From positions 72,783 through 136,782 of the forward strand of contig JACVQJ010000007.1 in NCBI GenBank assembly GCA_015661075.1: a stretch of 64,000 nt of DNA. The letters run 5' to 3'. Position 1 is the stretch's first letter. Every line of letters begins with the position of its first letter. The position numbers were made by a program, and so were the translations under genes. This DNA is from Parachlamydiales bacterium. GTDB lineage: Bacteria; Chlamydiota; Chlamydiia; Chlamydiales; SM23-39. The notes under the pieces are model-generated. The model was given only the letters and a program-made list of their open reading frames with translations. It did no database searches and was not told the DNA's origin. Shown here in pieces: positions 9,184 to 16,657 of the stretch.

Positions 9184-9951
9184 ATGCTAGAGTATTTGTT
9201 GATTGCAATTTCCACATTCTTTGCTTCGCTCATTTCTTTTTTCTCCGGATTTGGATTAGGAACGATTCTCATGCCTGTAATGGCCATATTTTTACCCTTA
9301 CCAATAGCAATTGGCCTTACAGCAATAATCCATTTGGTTCATAACGTTTTGAAAACAGGAATGCTTTGGAAAGCCATTGATTGGAACATCGCCCTCAGGT
9401 TTGGATCAACAGCCTTAGCAGCATCAATCCCAGGAGCCTTACTACTTAAAGGTCTATCTGAATTCACTCCTATAAAAGAATACTCCTTTCTAGGAATCAA
9501 AGGAGAAATTTTACTACTCCACATTTGTATAGGACTTCTCCTCATACTGTTTGCGACGATGGAAGCGTTTCCCCACAAAATATACAGAATCAAGAATTTG
9601 TTTTTCGGAGGAGCCATTAGCGGATTTTTTGGAGGATTATCTGGGAACCAGGGTGCACTTCGTAGCATTTTCTTAATCAATACCAATCTTGACACGAAAG
9701 CATTTATCGGAACAAACGCAGTAATCGCTGTGATAGTGGATATTATCCGCCTTGTTATCTATAGTTTGAGTTTCCAGCATTTGCTTACAAGAGCGCATGT
9801 GCCACTTTTAAGTATAGCTGTAATCGCTGGTATGAGTGGCGTCTTCTTAGGGATGGTTTTGCTAAAAAAAATCACTATTGAATTCATACAAAAAATCATC
9901 ATCGCCTTACTATATCTTCTCGGAACTCTTCTTGTACTTGGGATTATCTAA
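9184..9951 (+). CDS. TauE/SafE (TSUP, DUF81) family anion exporter
   Basis: 255-aa polytopic membrane protein. The N-terminus FFASLISFFSGFGLGTILMP and the Gly-rich repeat GGAISGFFGGLSGNQGAL are typical of the TSUP family. Confidence 0.75.
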   Translation: MLEYLLIAISTFFASLISFFSGFGLGTILMPVMAIFLPLPIAIGLTAIIHLVHNVLKTGMLWKAIDWNIALRFGSTALAASIPGALLLKGLSEFTPIKEYSFLGIKGEILLLHICIGLLLILFATMEAFPHKIYRIKNLFFGGAISGFFGGLSGNQGALRSIFLINTNLDTKAFIGTNAVIAVIVDIIRLVIYSLSFQHLLTRAHVPLLSIAVIAGMSGVFLGMVLLKKITIEFIQKIIIALLYLLGTLLVLGII

Positions 9952-10183
9952 GGGATCGTTCAAAAATAACTTTTACCGTTCTCGAGGGAAAAATCGATTT
10001 ATCTATTGAGAATTTTTCCTTGCAGAGAGAAACAAGACTCTCAGCTGCGGAAAAATTCTCAAAATCTAAACCGTTTTTCTCCTCGAAAACATTGACATCA
10101 TTTGACAATTTATTATTGTTTTGCCATAAAAAACACAGAGGCAAGAAGGATTCTTATGTCCGAACCTGTCATTTCTTTTAATT

Positions 10184-10339
10184 TTAGAAATAAAACTTAT
10201 CGAAGTGAAAGAATGGCGCCGGCTGAGCAGGGATCGTATCTTTTTTCACGACTTGCCCCTCACAGATAGCCGTGATCGAATAATGTTTTTTGTGCACATC
10301 TATTCCTAAAAAAACTTTTTTATCGGTATAGTTCCTCAT
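10184..10339 (-). pseudogene. IS110-family transposase, N-terminal stump (about 51 codons)
   Basis: MRNYTDKKVFLGIDVHKKHYSITAICEG matches the N-terminal DEDD/RuvC-like GIDV(S/H)KK motif of IS110 transposases, with GGAGG 6 nt upstream. The ORF stops after 51 aa, whereas full-length proteins are about 330-400 aa. Confidence 0.65.
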
Positions 10340-10550
10340 GGCGGACCTCCGGTTGGTTGTTTGGTCGTTAAAACAACTTCTAAACCGGAGTGTTCGCCTT
10401 TTCAAGGGGTAACCCTTTTAGAGGGGAGCTTATTTGAAATTCAGCATAGCAACTCTATGAACAGAGCATGTCAAGGAGTTACACGCGATTGTTGTCCATT
10501 TGAAAAATGGCACCTGTTATCTCAGATCAGAGTATCATGCAACGCCATTG

Positions 10551-11354
10551 TCATCGCTGATCGTGTAACAAAACTTCTGCCTTCTCCTTTACCGGTTCCC
10601 AGTCATTGACCTCCATAAGAACTCTTCTGCGATGATGGCCTGTATGCGCAGAAAATAGAGTGCCCGTAACAACGATTCCCTGTTCCCAAAGATCTTTAGG
10701 TGGCACTGCGTCAAAAATGATTTGCACTTCTCGCACTTCTTTTTCAGGCTGGTTAAAATCATCTTTTGGCGATGCTGCTTGCACATCGATAGGTTCGCTT
10801 AAAGCCAAAATAATAGGAGTCTCAGGCATATCTCCACCCTCGATGCTTTCATAATTCGGAGGGCCTGGATAAGTTTTCTGAAAAAGACTCCCTTTCAGTT
10901 CTGTTACGCTTGGTTCGTAAAAGACAGTTTTTGTCTGATGGGTTTGTTGCCACTCAACGTCCAAGGCCATATCGACATCAAACGTAATATCTTCTAATAG
11001 AAAGAAATCGATCGGCTTCGTCAAACGACCGTGCAACTGCACTCTCTTTCCTAAGAGAGAATCATATTCCTCACCCATTAGGACGCGAATAAAAGGAAGA
11101 GACTCTTGTTGCACCAAAGTCTGCTGATTTTCGATGGAAATTGATCGAGAGAGTATAATTGGTTGATCAGTGACTAAAACTGTATGTCTTTCCACCCATT
11201 TTTCTTCCCTACCATCTGAATATCGAGTCATTCGTTGTCTTTCTGCTGTTCGCAAAACTCCTTCCAAACTCAATTCAGGCTCGGGTTCCCATGCGAAAAG
11301 AGGAAGGGAATAGAAGAGTGTAATCAAAAATCTAGCAACATATTTCATGAGCAA
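10551..11354 (-). CDS. DUF4431-like exported protein
   Basis: Signal peptide, then PGPPNYESIEGGDMPETPIILALSEPIDV ... VTGTLFSAHTGHHRRRVLMEV. This matches the pattern I recall for DUF4431 (GTLFHAxTGHH). Confidence 0.6.
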   Translation of the reverse strand: MLMKYVARFLITLFYSLPLFAWEPEPELSLEGVLRTAERQRMTRYSDGREEKWVERHTVLVTDQPIILSRSISIENQQTLVQQESLPFIRVLMGEEYDSLLGKRVQLHGRLTKPIDFFLLEDITFDVDMALDVEWQQTHQTKTVFYEPSVTELKGSLFQKTYPGPPNYESIEGGDMPETPIILALSEPIDVQAASPKDDFNQPEKEVREVQIIFDAVPPKDLWEQGIVVTGTLFSAHTGHHRRRVLMEVNDWEPVKEKAEVLLHDQR

Positions 11355-11735
11355 AAACCTCTGTTAGGATTGCGTTTTTGTTCCGAGCTTCTCGAGCAGG
11401 GCTATGTCTTTATTATCTTCATTCATTTTATCGACCGATCGACAATAACGCCCATAGACCGATTCAGCAGATGAACATCCAGTGATGCCCCAAAGCATTT
11501 TATTTTGCACTTTTTTAAAAAAAAAGCTCCAATTTCACGGAAATCGAACATTCCCAAAAGATGAAGATCCCATTAAAAAGGATTATGGCTCAAAAGATTG
11601 TGTTCTTGGTCGAATTTAACCGCCGTTTCTAGATTTGACCGAATCTCAATATTATCAGCCAAGTCCTGGCTAGATCTTGGAGACTCTCTCTGTTACACTG
11701 GTCTATTAAATGTAAGCAAGTCATAGGGGATTTTC

Positions 11736-12188
11736 ATGAGCCAAGAAAAAAAAGCTGCTATTCGAAACAGTACCGTCGAATTCTTGATCTTTACCGGGCA
11801 AGCAGAGAAGGACAGCATTGAGGTTAGAGTAGCTGAGGAAACGGTCTGGCTTACGCAAAAATTGATGGGGGTTTTGTATGATGTTACCGTTCCCACGATT
11901 AGCGAACACTTAAGCAACCTATTCAGCCAGAATGAGGTCTCTAAAACAGCAACTATTCGGAATTTCCGAATAGTTCAAAAAGAGGGCGGTCGGGAGATCT
12001 CAAGAAGCGTTGAATTCTTCAGCCTCGAGGCAATCATCGCGGTTGGGTTCCGAGTCAAGAATGCATCTCTCCACCTCCATCTGATGAGAGACATTCAGAA
12101 CTTTCTGGATGTCTCATTTTTTTTACCTAACGACCGAAAAATGTCACACTTGCCTTGTTTTCCTCGGTTGTTTCATGCTACCCTATGA
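11736..12188 (+). pseudogene. RhuM-family virulence/Fic-associated protein, truncated N-terminal fragment
   Basis: VEFLIFTGQAEKDSIEVRVAEETVWLTQKLMGVLYDV...IRNFRIVQKEGGREISRSVEFFSLEAIIAVGFRVKN matches the conserved RhuM N-terminal region. Similarity is lost after about codon 112 (about 12070). Full-length members are about 330 aa. Confidence 0.7.
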
Positions 12189-12201
12189 ATTTATTGAGTG
12201 A

Positions 12202-12561
12202 TTGAATATGCCAACCAAAATCATTGAACAACAAGTACAAAAAGCCGACTTGCTCGATCTGGAATTGAAGAACAAATACGGCGCTTTAGTCAAAGCCGTC
12301 GTCGATGTAAAACGAGCAGTAATGATTGCTGGAATGACGATGCATTCGGATGGTGAGGAAGCCCTTTTAGAAAATGGATCCAAACAGGCCGATCTATGGG
12401 GAATCAATCTTTACCTCCAACAGTCGGGAGATGAATGGATCGAATACGATTCCGTAATCAATCTGAGACCCTCTCAGGGTAATGATTCTCGAGGGGTTGA
12501 CGACCCCGCCATCCGAGAAAGAATACGAGAAATCGTAAATCACTTGATCAAGCAAACATGA
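12202..12561 (+). CDS. DUF5674-like small protein (uncharacterised)
   Basis: 119 aa. KAVVDVKRAVMIAGMTMHSDGEEALLENGSKQADLWGINLY...INLRPSQGNDSRGVDDPAIRERIREIV matches my recollection of the DUF5674 family. The family name comes from memory, not a search. Confidence 0.6.
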   Translation: MNMPTKIIEQQVQKADLLDLELKNKYGALVKAVVDVKRAVMIAGMTMHSDGEEALLENGSKQADLWGINLYLQQSGDEWIEYDSVINLRPSQGNDSRGVDDPAIRERIREIVNHLIKQT

Positions 12562-12890
12562 CTACAGATACAGAACACCTGGAATCAGCAAAAATAAGCT
12601 GGGAAAAATTTTCTCTCGTCGAGCAAATGGCCAATATCGGCAGTGAAGTAAGCCGGGCTCTCAATGCACAAGGAAACCCCCCTCGTTACTGGAGTGCTGT
12701 TGTACGAGCCTTGGATCTGTTTTATCTCACTGTGGAAGATCCTCGGTGGAAGGGTCGTTTAAAAGAAATTCTCCGCATTCGTGAACTATTTGCCGCTGCT
12801 GCACTCGGAAGCGACGAATTCAAGACATCGCTTCAGGATTTGGATCGCTATTTTGATTGCTTTGCTTGGCTGGCTCGGTCAGGTCGTTGA
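12558..12890 (+). CDS. small all-helical protein of unknown function, coupled to the DUF5674-like gene
   Basis: 110 aa. Its ATG overlaps the upstream stop (ATGA at 12558-12561). FSLVEQMANIGSEVSRAL and LTVEDPRWKGRLKEILRIRE are acidic helical motifs faintly reminiscent of MazG-like all-alpha NTP pyrophosphohydrolases. Confidence 0.55.
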   Translation: MTTDTEHLESAKISWEKFSLVEQMANIGSEVSRALNAQGNPPRYWSAVVRALDLFYLTVEDPRWKGRLKEILRIRELFAAAALGSDEFKTSLQDLDRYFDCFAWLARSGR

Positions 12891-12942
12891 GATACAATAC
12901 ATTTTTAAGTTTTGCTAACTGGTTCGATAGCTCTACTATTTC

Positions 12943-13380
12943 CTAATCAGCCAGTAATTCACTCGCCAAATTCTTGGCTAATTTTCCATCAACGGTATTG
13001 TTGATTTTCATAACAATCCGCATGACCGACCCCAAATCTTTTTTTGTCTTGGCTCCGGACTCAGCAATGGCCTGCAAGACAATTCTTTTCGTTTCTTCGG
13101 GAGAAATCGCTTTTGGTAAAAACTCTTGAATGATCTCAAGTTCGCTTTTTAATTGCTCAGCGATATCCGGGCGGTTAGCGCCCTGAGCCTGCTCCAGAGC
13201 TTCAGTAAGGCTGCTGAAATAGGTTTTGAAAAGCTTGATGACTTCCGTATCAGGAAGATTGGCGCGCGCATCGACGGCCAATATTTTTGACTTAAGCATA
13301 CGCAAAGTATTGAGTCTAATCTGATTTCGGCTTCTTATTGCCTCCTTGATACCGTCATTGATTTTTTCGATAATCGTCAT
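12943..13380 (-). CDS. yqeY: GatB/YqeY domain protein
   Basis: MTIIEKINDGIKEAIRSRNQIRLNTLRMLKSKI is the typical YqeY N-terminus. I chose the internal Met because of a strong GGAGAGGAGAG Shine-Dalgarno sequence. Confidence 0.8.
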   Translation of the reverse strand: MTIIEKINDGIKEAIRSRNQIRLNTLRMLKSKILAVDARANLPDTEVIKLFKTYFSSLTEALEQAQGANRPDIAEQLKSELEIIQEFLPKAISPEETKRIVLQAIAESGAKTKKDLGSVMRIVMKINNTVDGKLAKNLASELLAD

Positions 13381-13440
13381 ATCTCTCCTCTCCAAAATAA
13401 ACATAAGTGAAGGCCGGGAAAACTCCCGGCCTTTGGCTTT

Positions 13441-13887
13441 TTAATCTTCGTCGCTATTGTCTTGCGAATAGGGAATCGTCTTAGACTCTATCAAAATTCC
13501 CGATTTTGCATCGATTTTCACTTTGAAATCACTCTTCCCACTAAAAATCTTTCTGGCCTTTTCCCAAGTGACCAAATCTTGACTGATGTAGACCTTCTTT
13601 CCCGAGCAGCGAAAATAGCATGGCTGCTCCACTTTCACGGTAAGGTTGGGCGCGCATTTCAGAGAAAAAAGCCCCCAGCTTTGCATAAATCCGAGCGGCA
13701 ATACAGTCCCCTCATTGCATTCAACAGCGATGTCAGGATGCATTCCTGAAATGAATTCATTGATGAATGCGGGATCGAGTTCAGTCAACGCAATGGTCTG
13801 CCGAATCATAGGAAAACTCAGATCCTTTGCGAACATTGGCGATAGCAGTAGCATGGCAGCAAGCGTCAACGGTAGATATTTTTTCAT
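13441..13887 (-). CDS. exported hypothetical protein
   Basis: 148 aa with signal peptide MKKYLPLTLAAMLLLSPMFA and an acidic C-terminal tail. No recognised motif. Confidence 0.55.
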   Translation of the reverse strand: MKKYLPLTLAAMLLLSPMFAKDLSFPMIRQTIALTELDPAFINEFISGMHPDIAVECNEGTVLPLGFMQSWGLFSLKCAPNLTVKVEQPCYFRCSGKKVYISQDLVTWEKARKIFSGKSDFKVKIDAKSGILIESKTIPYSQDNSDED

Positions 13888-13940
13888 AATACACTCCCAT
13901 TTTCCATTAAAGAGTGGAGACGATATCTCAGAGCGATTTT

Positions 13941-14315
13941 TTAAGCAAATATCCGGATCATTTTCATCCCGGCGAAAAAGAAAACGATACTCAGGACCAT
14001 ACTAAGAAGGGCATAAACGATGGCCGAGCCGTGCAGACCTTTTTCGAAAAGCAATCCAAATTCCAGAGAAAACGCGGAAAATGTTGTAAAGCCTCCGAGA
14101 AATCCCTGCACCAAAAAATGCCTCGTATCGATGGAAGCGCTCCAATATAACGCTAACGCCTCAACCAGCAGTCCCATTGCAAAACAGCCGATCACATTAA
14201 TAAAAAGGATCTTAAATGGTATTGTTAGAACAAAAGACGGTAAAATTCTACTCAGCGCAACACGAGCAATCGCTCCAGAAGCCCCGCCCAACCCGACAAA
14301 AATGTATTGTTTCAC
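13941..14315 (-). CDS. crcB: fluoride ion channel CrcB/FluC
   Basis: 124 aa with four TM segments. GLGGASGAIARV and GFLGGFTTFSAFSLE are CrcB signatures. Confidence 0.88.
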   Translation of the reverse strand: MKQYIFVGLGGASGAIARVALSRILPSFVLTIPFKILFINVIGCFAMGLLVEALALYWSASIDTRHFLVQGFLGGFTTFSAFSLEFGLLFEKGLHGSAIVYALLSMVLSIVFFFAGMKMIRIFA

Positions 14316-14321
14316 AACAAA

Positions 14322-15434
14322 TCACTCCGCCCAATTTAATTTACTGTATGCTAACAGAGCATAATATAAATAAAGGCGATTCTTATCTTGGGTTATATTT
14401 TTCAAGGCAAATTCTCGCGCTTGCCGCGCAATTTTTCTAGCTTCGTCATCATGCGTCATGGCCCATTGTAATCGCTCCACCAGATCATCCAGACCCTCTT
14501 TTACAGGGATATAATGAACAAACGGTTTGAGTTGCTTGTAGTACCATTGATAGTGATTGGAATCTTCTTTGAAAATCACAGAATCAGAAAAGAGCCGCCA
14601 ACCAGATGTTGAATAGGAACAGGAAAAGCCGTCAATCAGCATTTGGTATTTAAAAAACAATTGATCCTCAAATGAAATAAAATCGCCAAAATATTGCGAA
14701 AGAGCTTCTTTTTGCGAGCCAAGATAGGAAAATCGGGCATCAATCATTTCCGGATATTGAGATGACATGTGGCATAACTTGACTCTGGAAAGACAATGAA
14801 AATCATTGGGATTCAGTGAAACGGGAAATCCTTCGGGAGAATGCTGTCCGGGACCGCCTCTCCAGAATAGCTTGGGTTTTCTCTGATTCCATGGAGGAAT
14901 CGAGCTATCCTGTGTGATATCTTGCGATTCCAATACCTGGTATCTTCCTCTGAGGGCTTCAAAATCCGGGATGAGGATTTGGTTATCAAATCGATCGATC
15001 TTGGCCATCACGAATAGGGGAATATCATAAGCCACTTGTAAAGCGTCATGGATGGAAACAATAAAATCCATATCAGGCAACGGGTATTTCTTAACTACTT
15101 GCGACAGGGAATTTTTTATGGCATTTATGCGAGGAAATAGACAATCTTTCGCCAAAAAATGCGTTGCAGAGATGTGGTGCGTGATGGTGACCTGGTTTTT
15201 TCGAATCTTAAAATGGACGAACAGACAGCCATCATTGGCAGAATCATCCGCGATTTGTTTGATCTTTTCTCGAGACACTTTTTGGTTGGCAAATCGAGAC
15301 AAGTCTTCATTAATCTGCTGAATCATCCAGCCGTCTGCTGGGGGGATGTGTTTCCATAATGAAAAAACAGCAATCACTGCGGCGAATATCGACACCACTG
15401 ATCCAAGAAAAATAAATAGTCGAGCCTTTTTCAT
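14322..15434 (-). CDS. glycosyltransferase family 90 (CAP10 / POGLUT-KDELC-like) with N-terminal membrane anchor
   Basis: LFWRGG..., FKYQMLIDGFSCSYSTSGWRLFSDSVIFK and YIPVKEGLDDLVERLQWAMTHDDEARKIA match the CAP10/GT90 domain. The start is set at MKKARLFIFLGSVVSIFAAV. It lies 6 nt upstream of crcB. Confidence 0.75.
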   Translation of the reverse strand: MKKARLFIFLGSVVSIFAAVIAVFSLWKHIPPADGWMIQQINEDLSRFANQKVSREKIKQIADDSANDGCLFVHFKIRKNQVTITHHISATHFLAKDCLFPRINAIKNSLSQVVKKYPLPDMDFIVSIHDALQVAYDIPLFVMAKIDRFDNQILIPDFEALRGRYQVLESQDITQDSSIPPWNQRKPKLFWRGGPGQHSPEGFPVSLNPNDFHCLSRVKLCHMSSQYPEMIDARFSYLGSQKEALSQYFGDFISFEDQLFFKYQMLIDGFSCSYSTSGWRLFSDSVIFKEDSNHYQWYYKQLKPFVHYIPVKEGLDDLVERLQWAMTHDDEARKIARQAREFALKNITQDKNRLYLYYALLAYSKLNWAE

Positions 15435-15536
15435 AGAATAACAGTAGAGAAACGGACCAAACTTTCCAAGAAAAAAAACGCCGCTAGGCTCTAAAACGCT
15501 CGAGGCTGAAACCAATAACCGCAGTCAAGATCGAGT

Positions 15537-16469
15537 TTAAAAATAATCGAGTTTTTCGCAGTTTTGACAAACAGGATAGGCAGAAAGATCCTCTGTTTGA
15601 TGGGCAATCACGAAGGCAAGGTACTCTGGACTTGAGAAAATCTCCGCAAGGCTTTGCTTGCGAAGATTCCCGAAAGGAATCCGTGCATTAAAATCGTAAC
15701 AGCAGGGAATGACATCCATATCCCATGTAATGTTTAAGACGTTTCTCCGCTTCCCGTTGATAACAGGACATTTCAGCTGAGTGTTTGGGACATTGTATTC
15801 GCGGCCATTGCCATAGTTATGGACAAAGGACCACTCCTCAATTCCCAATCCAAGATCCCGTGCCCATTGGCAAAACTCATTCCTTTCTAAAGATGTGTGA
15901 TGAATGGGTAGAGATGAAGCAATCGATTGAGAGGGAATTTTGAGGGTCGCAAAAAATTTTGGGCGGCGCTTCAAGGCAACACTTAACAGCTGCAAGTTAT
16001 GCAACACCCGCTCAAATCCATCAAACCCATGAATCTTTTTATACTCCTCGCGAGTAAAACCATACATACTGACCACAATTGCATCCAAACCCGCATCGAG
16101 CAGTTTGCCAAAGTAGTCCTCATCCACCCTGACGCCTAATGTAGTGAAAATCAATTTGATCGAAGAGGGAATTTTTTCTTTAAGTTTCAATACTTTAACA
16201 ATCAGCTGGCGATCGAGAAGCGGCTCGCCATAACCATGCAAATGGAAAAACCCATGATAGGGACCAATTCGCTCCAGGATCAATGAAAAATCGTCGATTG
16301 ACATGTAACCAATGCGGCGCGTCAGGCTTTCGCGCGGACACATCATGCATTTGTAGCCGCAGGAATTGGTATTTTCAATGCGTATTTCCTGAAAAAATGG
16401 TATCGCCATACTGCCCTTGATGCTAACGAAACACTCACCATCATCAGACAAAATCCAGCTAAATTCCAC
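15537..16469 (-). CDS. radical SAM enzyme with SPASM/twitch-like C-terminal Cys cluster
   Basis: CGYKCMMC is the CX3CX2C motif, followed by a GYGEPLL SAM-binding motif. The C-terminus reads CPV..(x21)..CC...(x42)..CQNC. An alternative start at Met21 (16409) is possible. It lies 21 nt upstream of the GT90 gene. Confidence 0.8.
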   Translation of the reverse strand: MEFSWILSDDGECFVSIKGSMAIPFFQEIRIENTNSCGYKCMMCPRESLTRRIGYMSIDDFSLILERIGPYHGFFHLHGYGEPLLDRQLIVKVLKLKEKIPSSIKLIFTTLGVRVDEDYFGKLLDAGLDAIVVSMYGFTREEYKKIHGFDGFERVLHNLQLLSVALKRRPKFFATLKIPSQSIASSLPIHHTSLERNEFCQWARDLGLGIEEWSFVHNYGNGREYNVPNTQLKCPVINGKRRNVLNITWDMDVIPCCYDFNARIPFGNLRKQSLAEIFSSPEYLAFVIAHQTEDLSAYPVCQNCEKLDYF

Positions 16470-16498
16470 CTTATTTTGTCCGAGCAGGAAGGGATAAA

Positions 16499-16512
16499 CC
16501 TGGATATCCAGG
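16499..16512. promoter_or_regulatory. perfect 14-bp palindrome cctggatatccagg in the divergent promoter region
   Basis: Read directly from the sequence. It lies 30 nt upstream of the radical-SAM ORF start, in the 188-bp region shared with the first Inc-like gene. Confidence 0.35.
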
Positions 16513-16626
16513 ATCTAGCAGTTAATATTATTTTCTATGATATCACCAACTTGTTAACAACTAAATTTTTTAATAATTTAACATTCATTTTAATCACATA
16601 TTTATACACAAATAAGCATTAACTCG

Positions 16627-16635
16627 TGATATAAT
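16627..16635 (+). promoter_or_regulatory. extended -10 (TGaTATAAT) for Inc-like gene A
   Basis: TG at 16627-16628 and TATAAT at 16630-16635, 22 nt before the ATG, in a very AT-rich upstream region. Confidence 0.45.
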
Positions 16636-16657
16636 TGCATTAAACAATGAGCTTAAT

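Noticed and set aside
8646-9287. 213-aa minus-strand ORF spanning the tmRNA 3' half, its terminator and the triple-hairpin repeat
   Set aside because: The region is accounted for by a convincing tmRNA and a non-coding repeat, so the ORF is an artefact of stop-poor sequence.
9944-10144. 66-aa minus-strand ORF between the TauE gene and the IS110 stump
   Set aside because: It has no motif or SD sequence, and it lies in what appears to be degraded insertion-sequence-flanking DNA. The support is insufficient to call a gene.
14316-14321. Fluoride riboswitch upstream of crcB
   Set aside because: Only 6 nt separate crcB from the upstream GT90 gene, so there is no room for a riboswitch. I did not recognise the crcB-motif consensus upstream of the operon either.
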